A stretch of DNA of 62,272 nt, filler included, from Nitrospinota bacterium (GCA_030620925.1; 8 parts of 8 records of this genome joined end to end with filler, not necessarily neighbours in it); one strand, 5' to 3'; shown: positions 48,921-59,249, counted from the whole stretch's first letter. The notes: generated by a model not told the origin, from the letters alone. Program-made: numbers and translations.

Positions 48921-51047
48921 TCAATCCTGGACTATCAGGATCTGCAGCACATCGCCCGGGTAAATGTGTTGACCTCCAATAAGCCCGTTCCATCGCCGCA
49001 ATGCTCTCCAGTTAACGTCGTAGTAACGGGCGACCTCCCACAGCGTATCCCCCCTTCGCACTATATGGAAGACTTGCTGATATTTCTTGTTTTTATAGAG
49101 CACCACACCCCCCCTGGGCGGCTTACCGCCGGTCTCAAACATTGAGGGTATGTAACCATTGGTTATGGTTATGGGAATCTTGACGATTTGCCCTATCCTT
49201 AATCTATTGACGTTCCTGATGCGGTTAATACGGGCGAGTCGTTTCACACCAACTCCATACCAGAGCGCAATATCGGAGAGGGTTTCGTTCCTCTTCACCC
49301 TGTGATTCACCAACTCTACTGTAGCTATTCCGTCTTTTGCCCGGTCATTATTAGCAGAGGTAATAACCGTCGCTCCGGGAAGGACCGGGGAGTCGTAGGC
49401 GGGTACGAGTATTTTCTTCCCTGCGTAAATCCGATGCGGGTTGCGGAGGTTGTTGAGACGAAGGATATCCTCTATGGATACCCCGAATTCTCTGGCTATG
49501 TCGGATAAGTTATCGCCGTGCCTGATGGTGTAGTAAAAATTTTTCCCGCCGCCAGCCGATCGAACCGAGCCGTCTCTTTTGTCGGCCATAGCTGCCGCCA
49601 TCGCCCTTCGGCTGCTCATCGGTATGAGGATATCATCGCCCACCTTAATACGATGGGGGTTTTGCAATTTATTCAGCTCTACTATGGTAATAACCGACAC
49701 GCCGTACCGGCGAGCGATTCTCGCGATCGTTTCGCCCCTTCGCACACGATGTCTCTGCCAGGCGGTGCGGCGGTCGGTGGCTATTTCCTTGAAATTGGCC
49801 TGGAATGTGCTTGTCGAGCCGTGAGGGATTTTCAGGTTGTACACTGTATAGTTGGGAGGGGTAACCCCTCTTTTAAGCTCAGGGTTCAGCGCTTTTATCT
49901 CTTCATAGATTGTGCCAGCGCTTCGGGCGACGATGTTGAGGTCAACGGGTGCGTTTATCTCCACCTCGTCGTATTTCAATGGGGCCTGATATTCGATATA
50001 GGTAAAGCCGTACTTCTCTGGATTTTTAGCGATTATGGCAGCGGCCATTATCCTGGGCACATACTGCTTGGTCTCCCGCTTGATGTAACGAGAGCGGGCA
50101 AGACGCCAGAAATCGTTTGTGTGGAGGCGCTCCATGGCTCTGCTGATCCTATACTCTCCGGCGTTATATCCCGCCATTGCAAGGGGCCAGGAGTCGAACA
50201 TCTCGTAAAGGTATGTAAGAAATCGAGCGGCGGCGTGGGTGGCTTTGAAGGGGTCTCTCCGTTCGTCGATCCACCAGTTGATGGTCAGGCCGTATCTTCT
50301 ACCCGTGGAGCTGATAAACTGCCACGGGCCTGTGGCTCTGGCCCTGGAATAGGCATAAGGTGAGAAGCCGCTTTCTATCATCGCCATGAACACCAGGTCT
50401 TCCGGCAGGCCGTACTCTCGCAGTATCTGTCGCATCATGGGTCCGTAGCGGCCGTAGCGCTCCAACCATTTCTGGAAGGTGCCGCTTCGCTGATTCTGGT
50501 AATATTTTATATATTTTTCTACTTTGGCGTTTCTCTCTATAACAAAATCGGGATATTTTTGTGCTGTGCCCTGCCCGGCATCCGGTATCTCGAGTCTCGC
50601 TTCTTTTTGTATGGAAAATATCTCCGACACTATTTCATCCTGTTTTTCAATCGTCTCCAGCACCACTCCGTTTTCAAAGTCCACTATCTCCGGCAACGCT
50701 CCGTTTTCAAAGTCTACTATCTCCGGCACCGACTCTTCGATAAATTTATCTTCTTCCGCCCTGATGGGGAAAAGGCTTGCGTATAACTCCCCGCGGGCCG
50801 ACGCCCATTCTATTGCCAGCTCGTGTTTGCCGGATAATGACGGTCTGTCCTGAAATCGCTTGAAAGCTTTTTCCCTGCTGGGTTCCGCCAGGCGCAGACT
50901 TTTCAGGGGAGGTTTGGTAATGGAGCCGGGAACCGAACAGCCGGCAAGGGGGATGAGGATCATCACCGATAGGGCTAACGCTTTCGGCAACAGGCAGAAA
51001 GGCGACCTTGAAAATTTATTTATAAATAGGCACAAAATCTGCATCAT
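48921..51047 (-). CDS. mltD: Membrane-bound lytic murein transglycosylase D-like protein (SLT + four LysM)
   Basis: Lipobox LAGC, MIESGF, ATGPWQF, AGYNAGE, ETKQYVP, four LysM repeats. Confidence 0.88.
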   Translation of the reverse strand: MMQILCLFINKFSRSPFCLLPKALALSVMILIPLAGCSVPGSITKPPLKSLRLAEPSREKAFKRFQDRPSLSGKHELAIEWASARGELYASLFPIRAEEDKFIEESVPEIVDFENGALPEIVDFENGVVLETIEKQDEIVSEIFSIQKEARLEIPDAGQGTAQKYPDFVIERNAKVEKYIKYYQNQRSGTFQKWLERYGRYGPMMRQILREYGLPEDLVFMAMIESGFSPYAYSRARATGPWQFISSTGRRYGLTINWWIDERRDPFKATHAAARFLTYLYEMFDSWPLAMAGYNAGEYRISRAMERLHTNDFWRLARSRYIKRETKQYVPRIMAAAIIAKNPEKYGFTYIEYQAPLKYDEVEINAPVDLNIVARSAGTIYEEIKALNPELKRGVTPPNYTVYNLKIPHGSTSTFQANFKEIATDRRTAWQRHRVRRGETIARIARRYGVSVITIVELNKLQNPHRIKVGDDILIPMSSRRAMAAAMADKRDGSVRSAGGGKNFYYTIRHGDNLSDIAREFGVSIEDILRLNNLRNPHRIYAGKKILVPAYDSPVLPGATVITSANNDRAKDGIATVELVNHRVKRNETLSDIALWYGVGVKRLARINRIRNVNRLRIGQIVKIPITITNGYIPSMFETGGKPPRGGVVLYKNKKYQQVFHIVRRGDTLWEVARYYDVNWRALRRWNGLIGGQHIYPGDVLQILIVQD
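50666..50728. repeat. In-frame 33-bp tandem duplication within mltD
   Basis: CTCCGTTTTCAAAGTC(C/T)ACTATCTCCGGCA at 50666 and 50699; encodes PEIVDFENG twice. Confidence 0.9.
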
Positions 51048-51278
51048 CTTTATTTCAATTTTGATAGATATAAAACAAATCGATTCGTATTTATATACCT
51101 ATTAATTATAAGACACGTAGGGCTTTCAAAAAAGGCTTAATTTGTCATACTTGAATTTAAGTTAGTGAAAATATAACATAAGAGCAGAATATGTCAACAT
51201 ATATAATAACGCCATGAAGGCCCGTTAGCTTTAGATAATAGTTAATTGGCGGGATTGATGATCAAGGATCTTATTAGA

Positions 51279-52682
51279 TTAAAGCTCTCGCTCGAAAAGC
51301 TTGAGCTGGTCAACGTCGTGCCAGACTTCTTCCACGGGATAATTCCCAGTGAAGCAGGCGGTGCAGTAATGCTCCTGGTCGGGTGCGACCGCCCCTAAAA
51401 GACCTTCAAGGGATAGATATTGCAAAGAATCGGCGGTTAAATATTCCCTTATTTCGTCCAGGGATTTAGAGGAGGCGATGAGTTCTTCCCTGGTGGGTGT
51501 GTCTATACCGTAAAAACAAGAGTATTTGATAGGTGGCGAGCTGAGCCTCATGTGGACCTCTTTTGCGCCGCCGCCGTGCAACAGTTGCACCAGCTTTCTA
51601 CTGGTCACTCCGCGCACGATTGAATCGTCCACCACCACAACCCGTTTACCCTCGATTATGTCCCTCACCGCGTTCAGTTTTAATTTCACGCCGAAGTGTC
51701 TGATGGATCTTGTAGGCTCAATGAACGTGCGGCCCACATAATGGCTTCTTATGAGGCCCATCTTGAACGGTATATCCGATTCCTCAGCATAGCCCATGGC
51801 GGCGAACATCCCCGAATCGGGCACCGGAATAACCAGGTCCGCCTCTACTGGGATTTCTCTTGCCAACTGTTTCCCAAGCTCCATGCGGACTGAGTTGACG
51901 GTTTTGCCGAAAAGGAGGCTATCCGGCCTGGCGAAATAGATGAACTCGAAGATACAATGTTTGGGTACTATGGGCGGAAAGGGTCTGTAAGAGCTGATTC
52001 CTTGTTCGTTTATTACCACTATCTCTCCGGGCTGAACCTCTCGCACATACTCTGCTTCAATGAGGTCCAGCACGCAGGATTCGGAGGCCAGCACGAAAGC
52101 GTCCCTCAATTTGCCTACGATAAGGGGTCGGAACCCGTAGGGGTCCCTCACTCCCACCATCTCCTGCTTGTCCATCAGCACCAGCGAGTAGGCGCCTTTG
52201 AGCCTGTCTAGAGCCTCTACCACCTTATCCGGCAAAAACCTCCGTTCCGACCTGGCGATGAGGTGCAATATAACCTCACTGTCGGTTCCAGAGCGAAAAA
52301 TGGCTCCGTCTTCCTCCAGCTCATCCCGGAGCATCCTGGCGTTTACCAGGTTCCCGTTATGAGCGAGCGCCAGGGAACCCTGCGCGTAATCGACCATTAT
52401 CGGTTGAGCGTTCTTTATGAGGCTGGTGCCGTAAGTGGAGTAACGGTTATGGCCTATGGCGATATAACCGGGCAGCCGACTCAGCGTTTTTTCGTTAAAA
52501 ACTTCGGCCACCAGGCCCATTCCCACTTCTGAAAAGAGGGATTGGCCGTCGCTGGACACTATACCCGCGCTCTCCTGCCCCCTGTGCTGGAGGCCGTAGA
52601 GCCCCAGATAGGTTAGGTTAGCGGCCTCAGGATGGCCGTAAATCCCGAAGACACCGCAATATTCTTTCAACTTTCCGAACAC
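51279..52682 (-). CDS. purF: Amidophosphoribosyltransferase (propeptide, Fe-S type)
   Basis: KEYCGVFG, LQHRGQE, GHNRYST, VDDSIVRG, CTACFTG. Confidence 0.96.
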   Translation of the reverse strand: MFGKLKEYCGVFGIYGHPEAANLTYLGLYGLQHRGQESAGIVSSDGQSLFSEVGMGLVAEVFNEKTLSRLPGYIAIGHNRYSTYGTSLIKNAQPIMVDYAQGSLALAHNGNLVNARMLRDELEEDGAIFRSGTDSEVILHLIARSERRFLPDKVVEALDRLKGAYSLVLMDKQEMVGVRDPYGFRPLIVGKLRDAFVLASESCVLDLIEAEYVREVQPGEIVVINEQGISSYRPFPPIVPKHCIFEFIYFARPDSLLFGKTVNSVRMELGKQLAREIPVEADLVIPVPDSGMFAAMGYAEESDIPFKMGLIRSHYVGRTFIEPTRSIRHFGVKLKLNAVRDIIEGKRVVVVDDSIVRGVTSRKLVQLLHGGGAKEVHMRLSSPPIKYSCFYGIDTPTREELIASSKSLDEIREYLTADSLQYLSLEGLLGAVAPDQEHYCTACFTGNYPVEEVWHDVDQLKLFEREL

Positions 52683-52699
52683 CTGATTCTCCCTCGACC

Positions 52700-53601
52700 C
52701 TATTTTCCGGTCATATACCGTTCCAGTGAATTAGCCCATCCGTTTCTCATCTCGGTTACACTTAAATTTATTACGAAATTACCGCCGCGTATATTTATTC
52801 TCAGGTAATCTCCACCAACTTCGCCCAGGACCTGCAACGGCGAGCCCTGCCGCGACGCTATCTCTTTCAGCTGCGAAAGGTCCTCAGCGTTGATGGACAG
52901 AATGATTCGGGATTGTGATTCACCGAAGAGCAGAGCGTCCTGGCGCATGTCGTCATTAATGGTTATATCGGCGCCTATGCCTTTTTCCCCTGAGATACAC
53001 GATTCAGCCAGAGTCGCGGCGAGCCCTCCTTCAGAACAGTCGTGGGCCGATTTGACGATACCCTTGGAGATAGCCTCCAGGCAGGTTTCCTGCACCGCTT
53101 TTTCCCGCGCCATATCGAGCTCCGGCGGCGAGCCGCGTTCGATTCCATGAATTGCGCGCAGGTATTCGGAGCCGCCCAGTTCCTCCCGGTTTTCTCCGAG
53201 CATCACCACCAGGTCCCCGGAGTCCTTGAACCACTGAGTGGCGTGAGAGAGGTAATCTTCCAGGAGCCCCATCATCCCCACCGTGGGGGTGGGGTATATG
53301 CCTTCCCCCCTGGTCTCGTTGTAAAAGCTCACGTTCCCGCTGACCACCGGAGTGTTGAGCGCCCGACAGGCTTCGCTCATGCCTTCGATGACTTTCCTGA
53401 ACTGCCACATTACTTCCGGCTTTTCGGGGTTACCGAAGTTGAGGCAATCGGTGAGGGCCAGCGGCCTGGCCCCTACGCAGACGACGTTTCTGGCCCCCTC
53501 GGCCACTGCTATTTTGCCTCCCTCAAAAGGGTCCAAATAGCAGTAGAGGCTGTTGCAATCCACGGTAATGGCAATGGCTTTGGTGGTTCCTTTTACGCGC
53601 A
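52700..53601 (-). CDS. purL: Phosphoribosylformylglycinamidine synthase subunit PurL, 5' truncated
   Basis: TDCLNFGNPEKP, VSGNVSFYNET, SAHDCSEGG, LFGESQSR. Confidence 0.95.
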
Positions 53602-53701
53602 NNNNNNNNNNNNNNNNNNNNNNNNNNNNNNNNNNNNNNNNNNNNTTAATTAATTAANNNNNNNNNNNNNNNNNNNNNNNNNNNNNNNNNNNNNNNNNNN
53701 N
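53602..53701. other. Artificial contig-joining spacer
   Basis: N44-TTAATTAATTAA-N44. Confidence 0.98.
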
Positions 53702-53937
53702 CATGTTAAAGTCTCTTAATTATATAGACGTATTCAGTAGAAAAACTATACCACTTTGCCGCATTTTGTAAAGCTGTTTCTATAACCATATAAGGACTTT
53801 GGAGCATTGCGATTGATGAATACTGCGAGTATTTCAAGATTCCCTTCTATCTCGGATGTTTGCGGAAAACAGAGTGTCTGGTCGGAAAGGTTTCTATCGA
53901 TAAACGGTCTTGAGTATTTAATAATGGGGGGAAGAAG

Positions 53938-55092
53938 GTGATCGATTTTTCTTTCACCAAAGAACAGGAACTCCTACGGGATAATATCGCCAAATTCGCC
54001 ACCAAAGAACTGGCTCCCAAATACAACCACTGGGATAGGAACAGCGAGTTCCCTTACCAGCAGGTCGAGAAAATGGCGAAGCTGGGCCTCATGGGGGTTT
54101 ATATCCCTGAAGAGTACGGCGGTAACCCCCTGGACGATATCACTATCGGCCTGGTAATGGAGGAGATCGCCAGGGGCGATTTCAACTGCGTCCTTCCCAT
54201 AATGATCAGCATTCTGGGGGCGGAGCTTCTGTGCAAATTCGGCACCGAGGAGCAGAAGAGAGAATGGCTGCCGCCCATGGCCTCTGCCGAGAAACTTTTC
54301 GCCCTGGGCTGCACTGAGCCGGATGCCGGCTCCGACCTCGCGCACTTGAAGACCAAAGCGGTGAGGGACGGGGACGATTTCGTCCTCAACGGGGAGAAGA
54401 ACTCCGTCAGCATGAGCAATGCCGACAACTTTTTCATCATGGCCCGGAGCAAGTTTGACGACCCGGCGGCGCGAGGGATCAGCATATTCATGGTCCCCAG
54501 AGACGCGCAGGGCGTCTCCGTTTCCGATTATCGGGATTTGGGCTGCCGGGCGATACCCAGGGGCGCCGTTGCCATGGAGGACGTGCGCATCCCTCGCAGC
54601 AATATGATAGGTGAGGAGGGCAGGGGGTTTCAAATGGTAATATCCTGGATGGACCTCAACCGCATCTATATAGCCTTAAAATGCGTATCCGTGGCCATGC
54701 TCACCCTCAGGGAGACTATGGAGCACGCTAAAAACCGGCAGACTTTCGGAAAGCCGCTTGCGCGATTTGAAGGGATCTCCTTTCCTTTGGCCGAAGCCGA
54801 GACACAGCTTGAAGCGGCCCGGTGGTTGTGCTATCGTGGCCTGTGGCTGAGGCAGCGCGGCCTGCCTTATACCAAGGAGGCGGCCATGGTCAAGTGGTGG
54901 GGACCAAAAATCTCTACTGAGGTCATACACAAATGCCTGTTGCTGCACGGCCACTACGGTTATTCCGATAAGTTTCCCATCGAGCAGAGGCTGAGAGACG
55001 TCATGGGATGGCAGATAGGCGATGGGACGGGCGAGGTGCAGAAAATAATCATTGCTCGCGAATCGATGGGCAGGGAATACCTGCCTTACTGA
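53938..55092 (+). CDS. Acyl-CoA dehydrogenase, AliB/cyclohexane(ene)carboxyl-CoA dehydrogenase-like
   Basis: TEPDAGSD, NGEKNSVS, KWWGPK, HGHYGYS, LRDVMGWQIGDGT. Confidence 0.8.
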   Translation: MIDFSFTKEQELLRDNIAKFATKELAPKYNHWDRNSEFPYQQVEKMAKLGLMGVYIPEEYGGNPLDDITIGLVMEEIARGDFNCVLPIMISILGAELLCKFGTEEQKREWLPPMASAEKLFALGCTEPDAGSDLAHLKTKAVRDGDDFVLNGEKNSVSMSNADNFFIMARSKFDDPAARGISIFMVPRDAQGVSVSDYRDLGCRAIPRGAVAMEDVRIPRSNMIGEEGRGFQMVISWMDLNRIYIALKCVSVAMLTLRETMEHAKNRQTFGKPLARFEGISFPLAEAETQLEAARWLCYRGLWLRQRGLPYTKEAAMVKWWGPKISTEVIHKCLLLHGHYGYSDKFPIEQRLRDVMGWQIGDGTGEVQKIIIARESMGREYLPY

Positions 55093-55129
55093 TATTTCTT
55101 CTTAATCTTTTTCAGAAGGAGAAGGAAAA

Positions 55130-56221
55130 ATGGCTACCGGGAAAGCAGCGATTTTTGCGCAACCCAATACCCCCATGGAAATCCAGGACCTCCCCATTCC
55201 CGACGTAGAGCCGGGAGCTATCCTGATCAAGGTTACCATGGCCAACATCTGCGGATCGGATATTCATATTTTCAAAGGAGACCAGCCCATGCAGAAGGTG
55301 CCCCAGGTCATAGGGCACGAGATGATGGGGAAGGTGGAGGAGCTGGGCAAGGACATAAAAGAGGACTCCAACGGTCTCCCGCTCGCCAAGGACGACCGCG
55401 TGGCCTATCAGTATTTCTACTTCTGCGGAAGGTGCTACTCCTGCATCAACGGAGACCGCACAGGCTGCATACGTCTTTTCCGGCATAACGTGGATATCGG
55501 TGTGCATCCGCACTTCAGCGGAGCCTTCGCCGAATACTACTACCTGAGGCCCAACCACTTTGTATTCAAGGTGCCCGATGAGCTCCCGGACGAAGTGGTG
55601 TCGCCGCTTAACTGCGCACTGTCACAGGTACTCTTCGGCTGGCACAAGATAGGGCTCACCGCCGGCGACAACGTCCTCATCCAGGGGGCGGGCGGACTGG
55701 GGCTGTATGCGGTGGCGGTGGCCAGAGAAATGGGAGCTTCCAAAATCATTGTTACCGAAAAGAGGCAGGATCGACTGGAGCTGGCCGGGGCTTTCGGAGC
55801 AGACCACCTGATAAATATCGATGAATACGAGAAAGAAGGTGACAGGGTGAAGATGGTCAGGGAGGTAACCGGCGGTAGAGGCTGCGACGTTGCCATGGAG
55901 TTGACCGGCAACCCGGCGGCCGTCCCCGAAGGGCTTCGGATGCTGCGCGTTTTCGGTAAGTATATGATCATAGGGAGCATAAGCCCTTCCCACGTGGCTA
56001 ATATAAGCCTGGGGCGGATGGTTTTCTCCAACCTGACTATGAAGGGTATTGGCGCCTACGAACCCTGGGCCATGCCTCTGGCGATGGATTTTCTGAGTAA
56101 GAACAAGGACAAGTATCCCTTCGAGCAGATAATCTCGCACAAATACTCGCTTGCTGAGATCAACGATGCGATAAAGGACACCATGGAAGGGAAGGTCACC
56201 AGGGCCGCTATAGTGCCCTGA
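55130..56221 (+). CDS. Zinc-dependent medium-chain alcohol dehydrogenase
   Basis: ICGSDIH, GHE, CGRCYSC...C, QGAGGLG. Confidence 0.92.
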   Translation: MATGKAAIFAQPNTPMEIQDLPIPDVEPGAILIKVTMANICGSDIHIFKGDQPMQKVPQVIGHEMMGKVEELGKDIKEDSNGLPLAKDDRVAYQYFYFCGRCYSCINGDRTGCIRLFRHNVDIGVHPHFSGAFAEYYYLRPNHFVFKVPDELPDEVVSPLNCALSQVLFGWHKIGLTAGDNVLIQGAGGLGLYAVAVAREMGASKIIVTEKRQDRLELAGAFGADHLINIDEYEKEGDRVKMVREVTGGRGCDVAMELTGNPAAVPEGLRMLRVFGKYMIIGSISPSHVANISLGRMVFSNLTMKGIGAYEPWAMPLAMDFLSKNKDKYPFEQIISHKYSLAEINDAIKDTMEGKVTRAAIVP

Positions 56222-56246
56222 AAAGAAATGACGATACTTTAATAGA

Positions 56247-56278
56247 AGAGGGCGGGAAATATTACCCGCCCTCTTTTA
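56247..56278 (+). terminator. Intrinsic terminator
   Basis: AGAGGGCGGG-AAATATTA-CCCGCCCTCT-TTT. Confidence 0.8.
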
Positions 56279-56302
56279 GTTCTTGACTCAGGTGTAAAAC
56301 CG

Positions 56303-56402
56303 NNNNNNNNNNNNNNNNNNNNNNNNNNNNNNNNNNNNNNNNNNNNTTAATTAATTAANNNNNNNNNNNNNNNNNNNNNNNNNNNNNNNNNNNNNNNNNN
56401 NN
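56303..56402. other. Artificial contig-joining spacer
   Basis: N44-TTAATTAATTAA-N44. Confidence 0.98.
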
Positions 56403-57036
56403 ATTTCCGGGTAAAGTCAACGCTGTAGTCAACGAATAGCTCGTCCCCCGGTCGGATTTCAATCACCTGGCCATTTTTCCCCTCGATCCTGTATGGTTCG
56501 GCCACTGTGAACAGTTTCCTGTCCGCTTCCTGCTCCGTGACAGCCGCTTCCATGAACCAGCGCGCATATTCGTCGAAGTCCGCGTAGAGCAGGTCCTCAC
56601 CATCGATCTCGACGATGAGGTTATCCACCAGCATGTAGGTTGCCGCCAGGAAATGCTCCACCACCGCCACGTGAGGCGCCGGTAAAGGAAGAAGCAGATG
56701 CTCCATGTATCGAAAGGGGGTTAGATGGGCGTTTCCTCGCAGGACCTTTCTCAGCAGGCCTTCTCGCCAGTCGGTCCGTGTAAGGGCTATGTACATGCTT
56801 GAGCGGCAAATGTTTGTCAGGGAAACGGGGATTTCCGGTCTATGTTCAAGGTCTGTCCTTCTGAAAATCAGGCCCGTATGCGGTGGGGCGGGGTGCAGGG
56901 TCATCCGCACCCCTTCGCCGACTATGCTCATTCCGCTGAAGGAGACGCTGCGGGCAATGGTCCTCTGTCGGCGAGAGAGGTAATTCTGTCCGCTCGCCCA
57001 TTTCTGAAGTTCGCTGTCGGTTCCTGCATTTTCCAA
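56403..57036 (-). CDS. Divergent LpxC-like deacetylase, 3' truncated
   Basis: QRTIARSVSFSG, LHPAPPHTGLIFRRTDL, VEHFLAA, VDNLIVEIDG, YSVDF. Confidence 0.7.
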
Positions 57037-57070
57037 AGGTTGAGCTCCGTTTAACAGGTTGATCGCCCGG

Positions 57071-57625
57071 TCATCTGCACTGTGCGATGGCTGCAGTCAG
57101 TCTATCCGGGAGGGAGTCCCTGTTTTCGGCGGTCACCAGTATCAGCGTAATGTCGGGCCGGCCCTTTATCCTGTCGGTGAATGGGTTGCGGGCTTCCATT
57201 ACGGTGCCCAGCAGGGGGGCGGCGCTGTCCAGGCAATGCACCACCGCCTCCCTGAACTTGAGCGAGAAAAGCTCCATCTTTCCTATCTCGTCGATGATTA
57301 TCAGGCGGCGGTTGGCGGCCGCCTCCAGCATGGAGGGGACCGCTATGCGCTCCAGGTCGGCCAGGTTTACGCCGTAACGCCCCACGCGGTGAGGGCCTTT
57401 TATGTCCGCGTGCGAGAGGATGCCCTCAGCGCCGTCTAACGTGGATATAGAGAAGCCCATCCTCTTACCGCCCTCTTTGATCTCGCCGGTGTAAAAACCG
57501 CCGCAGCCGGCCTTCTCAGGCGCGGCAGGCCCTCCGGCCCCGTCCAGCGTGAGGCGCTTTACCACATCCTCTATTATAGTGGTCTTGCCCGTTCGGGGCT
57601 TGCCGGTGAGTAAAATATTATTCAT
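57071..57625 (-). CDS. THEP1-family nucleoside triphosphatase
   Basis: TGKPRTGKTT, GGFYTGEI, RVGRYGV, IIDEIGKME. Confidence 0.9.
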   Translation of the reverse strand: MNNILLTGKPRTGKTTIIEDVVKRLTLDGAGGPAAPEKAGCGGFYTGEIKEGGKRMGFSISTLDGAEGILSHADIKGPHRVGRYGVNLADLERIAVPSMLEAAANRRLIIIDEIGKMELFSLKFREAVVHCLDSAAPLLGTVMEARNPFTDRIKGRPDITLILVTAENRDSLPDRLTAAIAQCR

Positions 57626-57779
57626 GTACGTACCGGTTTGAGAAGTTTCCCCGTGAGAGCTGACACGCTATTATATATTTATAATGGGCAGCGCGCATAT
57701 TAAAAAGAGCGGATATCTATCGCGCCTGTCTCGCGTTTTGCGGGACTACAGGGAGGGGTGACGGACTGATCAATAAACA

Positions 57780-57802
57780 GTAGGAGCGGCATCCTGCCGC
57801 GA
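57780..57802 (+). repeat. GTAG-type REP-like palindrome
   Basis: GTAGGAGCGGCATCCTGCCGCGA. Confidence 0.55.
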
Positions 57803-57958
57803 TTACCATAACTCCATGCCTGTGGAAGCCGGGGGAAAGGATAGGGGGATGGAAAGCGATGGCACATAATCTCATGCACGGGAGGAGCATGGTTTAAAGG
57901 TGCCTCAACTCCGTATACAACGGGGTGGGGCACGAAATATTTAATTTCGGGTATATTC

Positions 57959-59035
57959 TCAGCTAAGCGTCTTGCCCTTTTCCTCGGCGATGGTGGCGAG
58001 GAGGTTCACTATTCTTGCCGGTGGTTCTTTAATCTCCGCCTCGGGTTTACGCACCATGGCCATCGCCTCCGTGGGGCAGGTGGAGACACAGAGGCCGCAG
58101 CCTATGCACTTTTCCACGGTTACCTGCGCAACGTCGTCATCCATGCTTATGGCGCTAACCTGGCACCTCTCCTCGCATACGCCGCAGGCGGTGCACAGGT
58201 CCGCATCGCTCTGTGCGTAGAAGTTGGACTTGGCTATGGCCGTTGGTAAATTCAGATGCGTTATACCCCGCAGGATTGTGCAGCAGCAGCCGCAGCAGTT
58301 GCATATGAAAAGATGCCCTGAAGAGGTGTTGGTAGAGGAGTGTACAAGGCCCGCCTCTTCAGCCTGGTCCAGGATACGGATGGCCTCTTCTTTGGTCACT
58401 TCCCTGGCGATATCCTCATCCATTAAGTACTCAGCATTGTTTCCGAAGGCCATGCATACCTCGAGAGGCCTGTCGCAGCCAGCTCCCAGCATCTTCTTCT
58501 CCAGGCGGCAGATGCAGTCGAATACGGCTATTTTGTCGGCTTCATTTACGATGTTCGAGACTTCCTCGTAGTTGAATATCTCCATCTGGGCGGTGATGTT
58601 TTTCTTATTGGGCACCACTTTGAAATAGTTTGTATCGCTGCCGCTTAACACTTCCCGGCCCAGGCCGGAATCGTAGTATTCAGCCATCATCTCGTTGAAC
58701 TCGGGTGTGATGTTCTTTACCTGTAATTCCCAGATGCCGGGCAGGTAGGGGAGCAAAGAGTAACGGTTTTCTCCGTCTTTTTTGCGCCGGTACACGAGGC
58801 CCTTATGGGCCATTTCTTCCAGTATGGCTCCCGTTCCCTCCGGGTCTCCGCCAGTTTTTTCTGCTATGGTCTGAGCATTGGTGGGAAGGATGGACAGGTT
58901 CAATGCCATCTCGGCCTCTTCCTCGTTATACAGGCTGCGCAGAATTTTCAGCTCGATGCCGCTCTCGGTTTTGGGGAAGCCCATTGGCGAGCTATCGAAC
59001 TTTTCTTGCAGCTTTACGTAGACGTTCTCTGACAT
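57959..59035 (-). CDS. Multi-Cys 4Fe-4S binding protein with N-terminal winged-helix-like region
   Basis: LEEMAHKGLV, CICR, EVCMAF, GLVH...ICNCCGCCC, CTACGVCEERC, CIGCGLCVSTCP. Confidence 0.82.
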   Translation of the reverse strand: MSENVYVKLQEKFDSSPMGFPKTESGIELKILRSLYNEEEAEMALNLSILPTNAQTIAEKTGGDPEGTGAILEEMAHKGLVYRRKKDGENRYSLLPYLPGIWELQVKNITPEFNEMMAEYYDSGLGREVLSGSDTNYFKVVPNKKNITAQMEIFNYEEVSNIVNEADKIAVFDCICRLEKKMLGAGCDRPLEVCMAFGNNAEYLMDEDIAREVTKEEAIRILDQAEEAGLVHSSTNTSSGHLFICNCCGCCCTILRGITHLNLPTAIAKSNFYAQSDADLCTACGVCEERCQVSAISMDDDVAQVTVEKCIGCGLCVSTCPTEAMAMVRKPEAEIKEPPARIVNLLATIAEEKGKTLS

Positions 59036-59249
59036 TAAGTCTCCTCCTGAAAAAAACCGGCTTCATCAGCAGAATCGGTTGATGAAGTTTGGTTTTGACT
59101 TCCCATATGGTTGCCATGCTCCCTTTCTTATTTTATATTAATAAATTTTCTCTCCCTTGATGGGAGGAAATGAAGGGAGGGTGTTATTCGGTATTCACCC
59201 CCACCCAACCTCCCCGGCGTAGATGACGATCTTTTTCATCCAGTCTCTC

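Noticed and set aside
57626..57958. 330-nt intergenic region as a possible ncRNA or small gene
   Set aside because: No tRNA, SRP, tmRNA, 6S or RNase P features are recognisable and the 77-aa ORF lacks support; only a REP-like palindrome stands out.
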